From a virus (lineage: Duplodnaviria > Caudoviricetes), in IMG/VR virus record IMGVR_UViG_3300035670_000233, positions 1 to 59,451 of that record: DNA of 59,451 nucleotides; one strand, given 5' to 3'. A program made the position numbers and the translations under genes. The first letter of the stretch is position 1; the number at the start of each line of letters is the position of its first letter. The notes beneath the pieces were generated by a model. The model saw nothing but the letters and a program-made list of their open reading frames with translations. It had not been told where the DNA came from and did not search any database. Positions 44,066-52,550 of this stretch are shown here, piece by piece.

Positions 44066-44898
44066 GCCTGGGTTTCCATTGGGTCAATGCGTACATCCGG
44101 ATTTTCGGGATCATCTTCGGTGGTGTAGTCTCCGAATGGTTGATACTCTGTACCGAAGGGATTATCAAGACTGTACTCATCTGTCGTAGCTTCTGGATCT
44201 GGTACCCCAGGAGACAAGAAACTGGTTATGTACTGTATGTAGTATCTATATTGGCTATCCTGTCCCTGCTTAAAGATTACCCTTGCAATCCTGGGTTCAA
44301 GAATCGTCTTTTGCCAGATACCATACTTCACTCCAGCCACTTCGTTAAATCCGCTCAGGGTATAGGTCCCCGCAAATGAAGGGGTAGTAGGTCCAATGTG
44401 CTCCTCCAACACAAAAGATTTAAGGAATCTGCCAACAGAAGATTGAACTCGGTTACACTTTCCAGTAAATCTAATGGTGCCCTGCCTAAGATCAAAAGAA
44501 GAATCCTCAACTCGGAAGTCTTTTAGTTCCAGATATTCTGCCTCAACTAGAGTGCCGGAACATGTAGGAGAATGTAGAATCAAAATATTGACTGAGTATG
44601 GCTCACATTCGTCGGAAGACGTAGAGGTCCAAGCAGCTGCATCACCAGTCTTCGTAAGGGCTTCTCGGATGGACGGAATAGATCCGTTGCCTTGCAAGTA
44701 TTCCCACATACAATCAAAACTAACGTCTACTGCTTCTTCGTCGGCTCTCCTAACGTCGTAAAGCAGCCCCTTATTCTTGGTATATGCGAGCGGCCTCTTT
44801 TCAGAAAATGTAACGTTACCTTCACCTAGGACCACTTCCACTTCAGATCCACTCCCGTCACGTATGAAGATGGAGGCGTTCTTGAGGTCAATAATCAT
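44062..44898 (-). CDS. tail tube paralog with C-terminal extension
   Basis: Clear similarity to 43066-43596 (IDLKN..RDG...GEGN.T.SEK...GLL..VR..DEE...W.Y.QG...PY.V.I...DFR.ED...DLR.GTI..TGKCN). Confidence 0.75.
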   Translation of the reverse strand: MIIDLKNASIFIRDGSGSEVEVVLGEGNVTFSEKRPLAYTKNKGLLYDVRRADEEAVDVSFDCMWEYLQGNGSIPSIREALTKTGDAAAWTSTSSDECEPYSVNILILHSPTCSGTLVEAEYLELKDFRVEDSSFDLRQGTIRFTGKCNRVQSSVGRFLKSFVLEEHIGPTTPSFAGTYTLSGFNEVAGVKYGIWQKTILEPRIARVIFKQGQDSQYRYYIQYITSFLSPGVPDPEATTDEYSLDNPFGTEYQPFGDYTTEDDPENPDVRIDPMETQA

Positions 44899-45314
44899 GA
44901 GCCACTCTCCGTGGGAACAATCATTCCAGTTGTTTGCTTAACCAACAGCAAGAAAGAGTTATTGGTTTCCGCCTCCACCATCTTCTCAATGTCGTAAATC
45001 TGTGTACCGATAATCACATGATCTTCTTCTTTGAGGCTTGGAGCATCCGCCTTGTCAATGATGATTAGTCGGCTATCAACTGAACGTGGATTGGCAAACT
45101 GAAACTGTCCACCGGATAACATTCGGGCATAGCGAAAGAGCGTAGTTACTGACCCTACGATGGCTCGTCTAATCTCAATGCGTGTATGTTCGGTGACTTG
45201 CTGTCCGGTCTTTGGATCGACTACTGGATCATCTACCTGCAAAATGGTTATTGGCATACCGAAGTCATGCTTGAGTCGGTATGTCAGGTTCTTAATTTGT
45301 TGCAGGATATTCAT
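44895..45314 (-). CDS. head-closure/neck protein
   Basis: FGMPITI...DPKTGQ...D.VIIGTQIYDI; directly after capsid gene. Confidence 0.55.
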   Translation of the reverse strand: MNILQQIKNLTYRLKHDFGMPITILQVDDPVVDPKTGQQVTEHTRIEIRRAIVGSVTTLFRYARMLSGGQFQFANPRSVDSRLIIIDKADAPSLKEEDHVIIGTQIYDIEKMVEAETNNSFLLLVKQTTGMIVPTESGS

Positions 45315-45320
45315 GGGCTA

Positions 45321-45347
45321 GCCCGCCCAGGGATTGCCTGGGCGGGC
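45321..45347 (-). terminator. GC-rich hairpin after the major capsid gene (terminator or translational element)
   Basis: GCCCGCCCAGG-N5-CCTGGGCGGGC perfect 11-bp stem; no U-tract. Confidence 0.5.
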
Positions 45348-45364
45348 ATTACCTCCAGAATCAT

Positions 45365-46750
45365 TTAGCCAAGCACAGGAACCGCGAGGTTGCTATTCAG
45401 CACGGCCACGCCGAGCAGATTATCAACCGTCACGCGGTGACCCTGAGCCTTACCGTCGTAGGTAATCACGACACGGACGGCCATGCCGTTATACACCGCA
45501 ACGTAGGCACGAGCACCAGTGCCAGGCATCGGAGCCGCCAGCGGCCGCGAGACGAGGCCGATAGCATCCCGATGGAACAGCATGTTGTAGTTGCCCGCGG
45601 GACCAATACCCATCAGGGTATCGTTAGCCAACAGCGCAGCCAGAGGGCGATCCAGCATAGTGGCCGTCGTGGTGGGAGTACCGATAGCAGCATACCGAGC
45701 CGCCGAAGCACTCGTCCCGAAGGACACAAGCTGCCCGCGCTTAGGAGCCACCGTGAACCCATCGTGGGCAATGGCCTTGGCATAGCCAGCGGCATAACCC
45801 GCAACAAGGTCCACAGCGCCAGGCGCATAGGCCGTGATTACCGCATCGTTAGCAACCGCACTACGCAGACCAGGACTGACCGTCAGCTGGGTCGGCGTGG
45901 CGTTGTTAACGGCAGTCACGAACTGCGGGGTCATATCGCCCGCAATCGTCACCCACCAACCAGCGGCGCACTCGCCAGCACCGAAACCGTCGCAGGCGAT
46001 AACCGTCGTACCAGCCGCGTAGCCAGCCGACAGATTAACTGCACCGGCAGTCGTGGTGTTACCGGCCACGATGCTCGGAGTGTTCTGCGCCATCAGGATG
46101 TTCATCCCGAAACGCATCCCAAGGATCGCCTGCTTGACAGCCAAGCCAGCATCACCGACCTCATTGGCCTTCACCAACGCGTCAGTATCCAGAACGTCGC
46201 CTTCCGACGCACTCGAAAGCGCGAGGATACGTCCGTTCATGGGGATCTTGAGATCATTGGCCTTCTCGCGTGCAGCAACCAACGTGGACTTGCCCACGCC
46301 GGTACCGAGCTTGCCAACGCAGTTCCCTAGGAACTGATACACCTGACCAGCGATGATCTGATCCACACCTTCGGCGTGGGCGATCAGCGCGGGACGCAGG
46401 TGGTAGTTCAAGAGATTCGTGAATCCCTTGCTCAGTTCACCGTCCTTGATGATGAAGCTGATGTGCAGCCACTGATCAAGGGGCACGGGCACCTTGGTCG
46501 AGGAAGCCGTCTGAGTATCAACCTCATCGTCGTCGGTCTTACGCTTCATTTCGAACGTACCAGGACGATGAGCATTGACAACATCGCCGTACTCGGCAAT
46601 CTTGTCCTCAAAGTCACGGTACACGAGATTCCCGTAGACCATGTTGTTTTCCAGAATCATCAATGCCTCCTGCGCCCAAACTTCAGGCACAAGAGGATCG
46701 TTGTCGTTGAACGCAGTAACAAACGTAGCAATGATCATCGCAGTCTTCAT
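45365..46750 (-). CDS. major capsid protein (P22-coat-like, HK97 fold)
   Basis: PEVWAQEALMILENNMV..NLVYRDFE...GDVV; FHRDAIGLVSRPL; D.LLGV; follows the scaffold gene. Confidence 0.88.
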   Translation of the reverse strand: MKTAMIIATFVTAFNDNDPLVPEVWAQEALMILENNMVYGNLVYRDFEDKIAEYGDVVNAHRPGTFEMKRKTDDDEVDTQTASSTKVPVPLDQWLHISFIIKDGELSKGFTNLLNYHLRPALIAHAEGVDQIIAGQVYQFLGNCVGKLGTGVGKSTLVAAREKANDLKIPMNGRILALSSASEGDVLDTDALVKANEVGDAGLAVKQAILGMRFGMNILMAQNTPSIVAGNTTTAGAVNLSAGYAAGTTVIACDGFGAGECAAGWWVTIAGDMTPQFVTAVNNATPTQLTVSPGLRSAVANDAVITAYAPGAVDLVAGYAAGYAKAIAHDGFTVAPKRGQLVSFGTSASAARYAAIGTPTTTATMLDRPLAALLANDTLMGIGPAGNYNMLFHRDAIGLVSRPLAAPMPGTGARAYVAVYNGMAVRVVITYDGKAQGHRVTVDNLLGVAVLNSNLAVPVLG

Positions 46751-46758
46751 GTTCTTCC

Positions 46759-47598
46759 TTACAGGGTTTGACCACTAGCACGAGCTTCGCGGTATGCCTT
46801 AGGATCGGATTTTGCCAAATCGGCCAACTTGCGGGTGGCAGGACTCCCACCAGGCAGCCGAAAGACTCCGCCTACGGCCTTACCGACAAACAGATTAGCA
46901 TATTCTTCCATTTCACTCATCTTTTTGACGGCATCCTTGACAGGAAGTACCAACTGTACATCCTTTCCGCCGCCATCTTTACTCATAATTGTTACCTTAG
47001 CTGTAAATTTCCCAGTAGGCTTACCTTCCCCATCAAGGTCTTCGGCTAGTTGCGTTTGCGGGCGCAACAAAACGACGAGTTGATTTGGATTGTACGCCTT
47101 ATGCTCCGCTGCCGAAGCAAGAATATCGCTTGTGATTACTTGCTCCGTAAAACGATTCTTCCATCCATCGCGTTCCTGAGTGAGCTTCTCAGTAGCCTTA
47201 CGCGCATCAGTTTCGAGCTTCTTCTGCTTTTCAGCAGCCAACTGTTCCTTGGTGAGAAGCTCAGTGCGCATAGACTCGATTCTAGAATCAAGCTCAGAGC
47301 GTTCCTGCTCAGTCAACTTCGCTTTGGTGCGTAAAGTTTCGAGTTCCGTCAGAGCGTCGTTCTGCTGCTTCTGCCACTTCTGGCGTTCAGCAGCGATCAT
47401 TTGATCGACCTGCTCTTTGGTAATGGCCCCGGCTCCACCAGCGGCTCCACCAGCGGCTCCACCAGCGGCTCCACCGGCGGCTGCTCCGGCTGCTCCGGCT
47501 GCTCCGGCTGCTCCGGCTGCTCTGGCTCCACTAGCGGCTCCACCAGCATCTTCAAACGCCGTAATCCACGTTGCTTGAGTATATTCTTCGCTTTGCAT
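46759..47598 (-). CDS. capsid scaffolding protein
   Basis: Low-complexity G/A N-terminus, ITKEQVDQMIA, long coiled coil, Y.NLF...GG, C-terminal DPKAYREAR. Confidence 0.8.
   Translation of the reverse strand: MQSEEYTQATWITAFEDAGGAASGARAAGAAGAAGAAGAAAGGAAGGAAGGAAGGAGAITKEQVDQMIAAERQKWQKQQNDALTELETLRTKAKLTEQERSELDSRIESMRTELLTKEQLAAEKQKKLETDARKATEKLTQERDGWKNRFTEQVITSDILASAAEHKAYNPNQLVVLLRPQTQLAEDLDGEGKPTGKFTAKVTIMSKDGGGKDVQLVLPVKDAVKKMSEMEEYANLFVGKAVGGVFRLPGGSPATRKLADLAKSDPKAYREARASGQTL
47427..47548. repeat. 9- and 12-bp tandem repeats encoding AGA/AAGG in the scaffold
   Basis: GGCTGCTCC and CCAGCGGCTCCA units read directly. Confidence 0.85.
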
Positions 47599-47600
47599 GA

Positions 47601-48050
47601 TTAACTCACCCTTGTTAGTCTTACCGCCGCGGTTTCATATAAATATGGCTGAATACGAATCCATGCTTCCCAGCTGGGAATACCATGGAGAACGTTAATC
47701 GCCACGCGTGATCGGTCGTATGTTGACTTTATATTCTCATATTGAAAAGATGACATGAATTGATTCTCAAATTCACGTTCTGGATCAACATCGTCCAATA
47801 ATCTTACAGCCAGAAGAATGGTAGCTTCCTTAATAGCTTCGGGGACTTCTGTATCTCCGCCGCGCGGAAATTGAAGCTCCTGGCTGCTATCGGTCTTATC
47901 GCCCAAGAAATTGAGTGCGTCAATCTTCTTAGTAGAGATATTTAGTGCCTTAGTACGAGTAGCCTCATTAGCAGAATCCCAAGGGAGACTATTAATCAGA
48001 TTGCCTGCAACATAGGCAGCGGCTTCTTCGAGTGTTACATAGCTACTCAT
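47601..48050 (-). CDS. head-tail connector/adaptor protein
   Basis: SYVTLEEAAAY...W...KAL..ST..ID.L.F.G.K...Q.LQFPR...VPEAIKEA; start moved to MSSY. Confidence 0.7.
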   Translation of the reverse strand: MSSYVTLEEAAAYVAGNLINSLPWDSANEATRTKALNISTKKIDALNFLGDKTDSSQELQFPRGGDTEVPEAIKEATILLAVRLLDDVDPEREFENQFMSSFQYENIKSTYDRSRVAINVLHGIPSWEAWIRIQPYLYETAAVRLTRVS

Positions 48051-49722
48051 CTTTTTCCGCCTCCCCACTCTTTGGATCTGGGTCTAAATCTTTGGCCCCA
48101 CGTGAAGCTGGATTAATTAATTTGCTTTGGGCTGCTAGTGTAAGCATTATCCTGTCCGCATGATCCTTCTTAGCTTTGGTAGCCTCAGCTTCATTAAGAC
48201 CAAGAATCTTTGCTCCGGTACCCGTACTTAAAAGTTGGTTTTCAATTGCATCGGTAATCATGTCCAACGTTGCATATCCTAGTTCAGACCCATCAATTTC
48301 AACCAGGATGGCATCGAGCTTATCCTTAGGGAGCTTATGCCCTATGGAGGCAGTCACAATAGCCTTAGCCAGCTCCTTACGCAAAAGCTTACTTTCTACA
48401 GAGTAGAGGGTCTTAACTAGCTTCTCTGATTCTTCGTATCTCTTGGTATCTGACTTTAGACTATAGTCCTTGGGATAGCTGATCGTAACCGTATTGCTCT
48501 CACCTACATAGAGTGCCCAAAGCTCAACAAATTCGCGCTCAATATACTGCAGGACTAATCCAATATAGGAAAGACCTGCCTCAAGAGTACGCTGACTAAC
48601 TTCTTTAGCTTCCGCGCTTTCTCTTTGTGGTTCGAGATTAGCGATATTCAGTCCAATGATTTCACGAATTTCTTTCCGGAGTTCACGCTGCTTTTCTAAA
48701 CTCGCAGTTATTGGATCAGTAGGTGGCCCAATGAAGTCAGGCTTCTCCAAGCCTTTGGGGTATCTGCGTCCAGTAGCTGCCCCAATACGTACTTCGTTCA
48801 TCTTGGCTACTGTTTCTGCTGCGGCACTACCGGCTTCCGAAGTATCGCCCTCAGTCTTTACGATGTCATGCAGTGCTCGACGAAGATGCGTAAGCTCAAC
48901 AGCAGGATCATACTGTTCAGTGTAGAAGGTAAAGTTGGCCTTCATCGAGTAGATCAAGTCCGATGAAGCTAGGTTGAGAAGGGCAATCTGGTATCCGTCA
49001 ATGTTCTTTAGCAGGCTATGTGATAACTCCGCGATAATCAACGGAATCCTGTTGAGCTTGAGTACGGTTGTCTGGTCTGTTTGTTCAACGCCCGCGGAAT
49101 TAAAGAAGCGCACTCTTACTTGCCCCTCCTCCAGAGTCAGAAGGCGGTATACTGCCACTCGTTTGGAGGTAAGCCCGTACTGTTTGTCTACTTCATCTTC
49201 ATATTCACGCAGAAGGACTGCCGTGAGAATCCCGTTCTCATAGGTCCAGGATAGGATATTTTCAGCCGTATAGACATAGCAATATGGGTGCAGACTTTGT
49301 GTGTCAGCTTTAGTTTGACCAGCAATCATTGGCATATCAACGTAGATGCCTACCTTACCCATACCAAGAAGCTCGATTAAAACATCATCCCCAAGGAACT
49401 CCATGATACTGTGTCCTTGGCGATCTACTCCCAGATGCTTCCCAGCGATGGTTTCTTGGAAAAGTGGAGTGCCACCGCTTCTAACAGCATCTGCTAGACG
49501 TTGATAGATCGCATTCTTAATCTCTGTTAGCGCGGCCTCAGCGTGTGCTGGGCAGTATGTAATGCTGAGGCGATCAGAGAAATCCTTTGCTTCTTCTCGT
49601 TCGGAAAACTTAATCAGGTACTTCTCAACGAACTTGGTACCGCCAGTAAGGATATACCGATAACGTTCCCAAGTGGTAAGGGAGTTTGCATATTCTGGAT
49701 GTTGTAGCTGCATTATGCTCAT
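48043..49722 (-). CDS. portal protein
   Basis: HPEY...WERYR...GG...YL...RE...RL; G.VGIYVDMP; follows terminase; start moved to MSIM. Confidence 0.85.
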   Translation of the reverse strand: MSIMQLQHPEYANSLTTWERYRYILTGGTKFVEKYLIKFSEREEAKDFSDRLSITYCPAHAEAALTEIKNAIYQRLADAVRSGGTPLFQETIAGKHLGVDRQGHSIMEFLGDDVLIELLGMGKVGIYVDMPMIAGQTKADTQSLHPYCYVYTAENILSWTYENGILTAVLLREYEDEVDKQYGLTSKRVAVYRLLTLEEGQVRVRFFNSAGVEQTDQTTVLKLNRIPLIIAELSHSLLKNIDGYQIALLNLASSDLIYSMKANFTFYTEQYDPAVELTHLRRALHDIVKTEGDTSEAGSAAAETVAKMNEVRIGAATGRRYPKGLEKPDFIGPPTDPITASLEKQRELRKEIREIIGLNIANLEPQRESAEAKEVSQRTLEAGLSYIGLVLQYIEREFVELWALYVGESNTVTISYPKDYSLKSDTKRYEESEKLVKTLYSVESKLLRKELAKAIVTASIGHKLPKDKLDAILVEIDGSELGYATLDMITDAIENQLLSTGTGAKILGLNEAEATKAKKDHADRIMLTLAAQSKLINPASRGAKDLDPDPKSGEAEKDE

Positions 49723-49723
49723 T

Positions 49724-51367
49724 TTAACCTCTAAAGTCCCTATTACCACCAAGTTGAACGCCTAGGGCTAAAGCTATCTCGGCATAGTTTCTAGCATGTG
49801 CATAGTGGTCAGGATTCTTTCCAGACTCGTATCTTCCCACAGGATTTCCGTCACGATCCTTATCGTAGATGCGAGTAGGAGCGCAGATATGCTCGCGGTA
49901 TTCTACGTCCACATCTGTGGGGAGGGTAATAGTGCGCTTCTTGAAGCGGCCCAATGAAAGATCCAGCCAAGACGTACGATTAACCTGTACGCTCAATTCC
50001 TCTGGATTATCCTTAATAAGCTTACCAGAGACGCCTTGGGCATATTTGCACATGCGAACAGAGTGCAAGAATCTCTTTGCAAACTCAAGAGAGCTACGAG
50101 TCTCAGGTTCAATATCAATCACGCAGTACCCTACCCGAAATTCGAGCATTAGTTCGTCAAGATCATGAAAGTTAGGCACCCGTAGGAATTTAAGAACGCG
50201 GCAGGAGGCCAGAGCATTAAGGTCGGCTTCAAAGACCCGATGATTAAAGTTCCACTCATCAATCTCTACGTGGAGCACCTTGCCTACGTCAACACCCATC
50301 GTAACGAAGGAATTAGAAGAAGGACGGACATCGCAATTATGCCCGATACAGGCAGTGATTTGTTCATCTGTGACCTTTCCACCCTTGACAACGTGTGGCA
50401 ATCCACCCTTACTATTATAGAGTTCCTGCTCATCGGTAGGGTCTTGCTCAGCTTTGAAGCACAACTCGGCAATCTTGTAGGGAGGCAGAATGATAGAGTA
50501 CAGCTGATTAATATAGTAGCTAACAATCTCCGTGCCTTGTACGGTAGGCACCCATTCCGCATTGCCCTTTGCCAAGAAAGTCTTCTTGGCAGCATGATCC
50601 AACTTGTGCTTGCACTCTTTACAGAAAATGTAGGATTCTTTAATCGCTGGATCTTCAAAAGAATCCCCACAGATGTGCAGACAATCGGGGAAAACTAATT
50701 CCGTTAAGCGGGAGCAGTGTGGACATTTGAACATGTAGTGGCGCTGATCGCCTTGCTTAAAGTAGACGTTAATGCCAAAGTTCTCAATGGTCGGCGTAGA
50801 AATCATATAGACCTGGCGCTGCAATTGTCCAGACATGCGCTCCATGGCCAATGTGATATTCTCAAACACCATTTCGTCTACTTCATCGAAAACAATAAGG
50901 TTAGCCGGAATTGATTTTAGCTGCGAACGGCTTCGACTGCCTCGAATGAATAGATTAGCTGATCCAGCGCGTTTGTGCCCGATGTTCTTTACGTCAGTGA
51001 ATAGGCTAGCAAGGTGCGGAGATAATTCCAGAGCGGCATCAAACCGTGATGTTGAAAAATCACGCGCATCGGGATGCAGGGAAGGTAGAATGTACAATAC
51101 GTTATAGGCATCAATATCAATGGCCTTGAACGTCTTGTTGAGTGCGATTTCAGTGAACGCCATCTGCGCCGCTTTTTGCGCGACCATTTGCTCTGCAATA
51201 CACTCCTGCGGTTCTTCGGCCCACGGATGGTGTTCGTAGGACCATCGACCTGGGCAGGGTGGACCCATAATCCGGTATTCCTGTGCCCATTTGCCGGCAG
51301 TCGTAATGGACTTCCGACGTAAGCCGGAAGCCACGCGCTGCTTCAAGAGTTGGGCCAAGTCTTCCAT
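49724..51367 (-). CDS. terL: terminase large subunit (GpA-like)
   Basis: KAAQMAFTE, LKSIPANLIVFDEVD, ISTPT, CPHC/CKEC, MGVDVG, PDHYAHA. Confidence 0.9.
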   Translation of the reverse strand: MEDLAQLLKQRVASGLRRKSITTAGKWAQEYRIMGPPCPGRWSYEHHPWAEEPQECIAEQMVAQKAAQMAFTEIALNKTFKAIDIDAYNVLYILPSLHPDARDFSTSRFDAALELSPHLASLFTDVKNIGHKRAGSANLFIRGSRSRSQLKSIPANLIVFDEVDEMVFENITLAMERMSGQLQRQVYMISTPTIENFGINVYFKQGDQRHYMFKCPHCSRLTELVFPDCLHICGDSFEDPAIKESYIFCKECKHKLDHAAKKTFLAKGNAEWVPTVQGTEIVSYYINQLYSIILPPYKIAELCFKAEQDPTDEQELYNSKGGLPHVVKGGKVTDEQITACIGHNCDVRPSSNSFVTMGVDVGKVLHVEIDEWNFNHRVFEADLNALASCRVLKFLRVPNFHDLDELMLEFRVGYCVIDIEPETRSSLEFAKRFLHSVRMCKYAQGVSGKLIKDNPEELSVQVNRTSWLDLSLGRFKKRTITLPTDVDVEYREHICAPTRIYDKDRDGNPVGRYESGKNPDHYAHARNYAEIALALGVQLGGNRDFRG

Positions 51368-51597
51368 TACTTAATCCTGCGAAGTTTCACATCGAGAGCC
51401 TTATCAACAATATCTCGTCGAAAAAAGATACCCTCAGTACGATTAGTGTACTCTATTCCGTTCGGCAGAACGAAAAGTGTACCAGCAGGGCATGTAAAGC
51501 ACGACTCACGCTCAATAGCGATTATCTGTGTTTTACATCCCGCTGCGAACAGAATTAAGAATCCTGCTCGCATCACCGTTTTTCCAAGCGTCTTCAC
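51367..51597 (-). CDS. small lipoprotein (o-spanin candidate)
   Basis: Lipobox FLILFAAGC; overlaps the end of the upstream gene. Confidence 0.55.
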   Translation of the reverse strand: MKTLGKTVMRAGFLILFAAGCKTQIIAIERESCFTCPAGTLFVLPNGIEYTNRTEGIFFRRDIVDKALDVKLRRIK

Positions 51598-51715
51598 GTT
51601 CGTTGATCGCCTTTAGCATCTTTTCTTTTTTATCTTGACTTCGTTCCCGTAACCATCCAATGATTGTTGGTGTTAGGGCCAACAGTTCTAAAATTACTGT
51701 ACTCCACTTAGTCAT
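51533..51715 (-). CDS. small membrane-anchored protein (i-spanin candidate)
   Basis: Hydrophobic N-terminus then charged helix; overlaps the lipoprotein gene. Confidence 0.45.
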   Translation of the reverse strand: MTKWSTVILELLALTPTIIGWLRERSQDKKEKMLKAINEREDAWKNGDASRILNSVRSGM

Positions 51716-51924
51716 TTCTTGCTCGGATGAGCTTTCTTCGAGCGGAAAACACCAATAATAAGACTAGCTGCTGTGATTAGTCCATACACACTGGTCAGCA
51801 GGTCATTGAAGATCGGGATGGCCGTATCAGCTTGTTCCTTGGACATCACTCCGATGGTGGCCAGAACACCAAATACTACTGGAACAACCTTCATACCGAC
51901 CGAAAGAATCAATTCACCGTTCAT
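51712..51924 (-). CDS. holin-like protein
   Basis: Two hydrophobic helices and basic tail RSKKAHPSKK; start moved to MNGE. Confidence 0.6.
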   Translation of the reverse strand: MNGELILSVGMKVVPVVFGVLATIGVMSKEQADTAIPIFNDLLTSVYGLITAASLIIGVFRSKKAHPSKK

Positions 51925-52550
51925 TGTGCGCTCCTGGGTTTTACTTCGTGGCTTGGAAACTCTGACCAAGCATTTTCGTCGTTAAAACTGAACCAAACCT
52001 GATCGCCTCCAAAATACTTTGGATTCTCCTTCACTGGAATAGTGTAATCCTCAGGCCAATAGCACCAATCCAGAGGAATCCAAGCCTCATCCGTTTCTCG
52101 GCAATAAGTAGCCCAAGCATGACCAGCTCTTTTACCCTCAGACTGCACGTATCCAGCTGCTACTCGAATACGCCAAGCCGGCATACCTAGATTTCGCAGA
52201 ATCGAAACGATTAAAATCGCACCATCTTCACAATCACCTTGGCCCAACTTCGTTGTCTCAGTAGGAAATAGCCAAAATTCTGGAGTACCAAGAGTAGTGT
52301 CGGCAACATATTTGATTCTTTGCCGCACAAATTGATGTACTGCGTAGGCCATATGGTCTGAGCGTTGATTAGGTAGGCTATATAGCGGAGCGAAACTGTC
52401 AATGTATTGCTTAATCACAACATCATCAGCCCAAATGAACCTTCTCAGATCCATGGGGAATCGCTCATCCTTACTTGGAATTGGCCTGCCTGCGTAGACC
52501 AGATCCCTTTTGGGATGCTTTGTATTCCAAAATGCTGGGCCACGCATCAT
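51921..52550 (-). CDS. transglutaminase-like cysteine peptidase
   Basis: IKYVAD...EFWLFPTET...GDCEDGAIL..S.L...GHAW...WIPLD (Cys-His-Asp). Confidence 0.85.
   Translation of the reverse strand: MMRGPAFWNTKHPKRDLVYAGRPIPSKDERFPMDLRRFIWADDVVIKQYIDSFAPLYSLPNQRSDHMAYAVHQFVRQRIKYVADTTLGTPEFWLFPTETTKLGQGDCEDGAILIVSILRNLGMPAWRIRVAAGYVQSEGKRAGHAWATYCRETDEAWIPLDWCYWPEDYTIPVKENPKYFGGDQVWFSFNDENAWSEFPSHEVKPRSAQ

Noticed and set aside
45437-46330. 297-aa plus-strand ORF
   Set aside because: Antisense shadow of the major capsid gene
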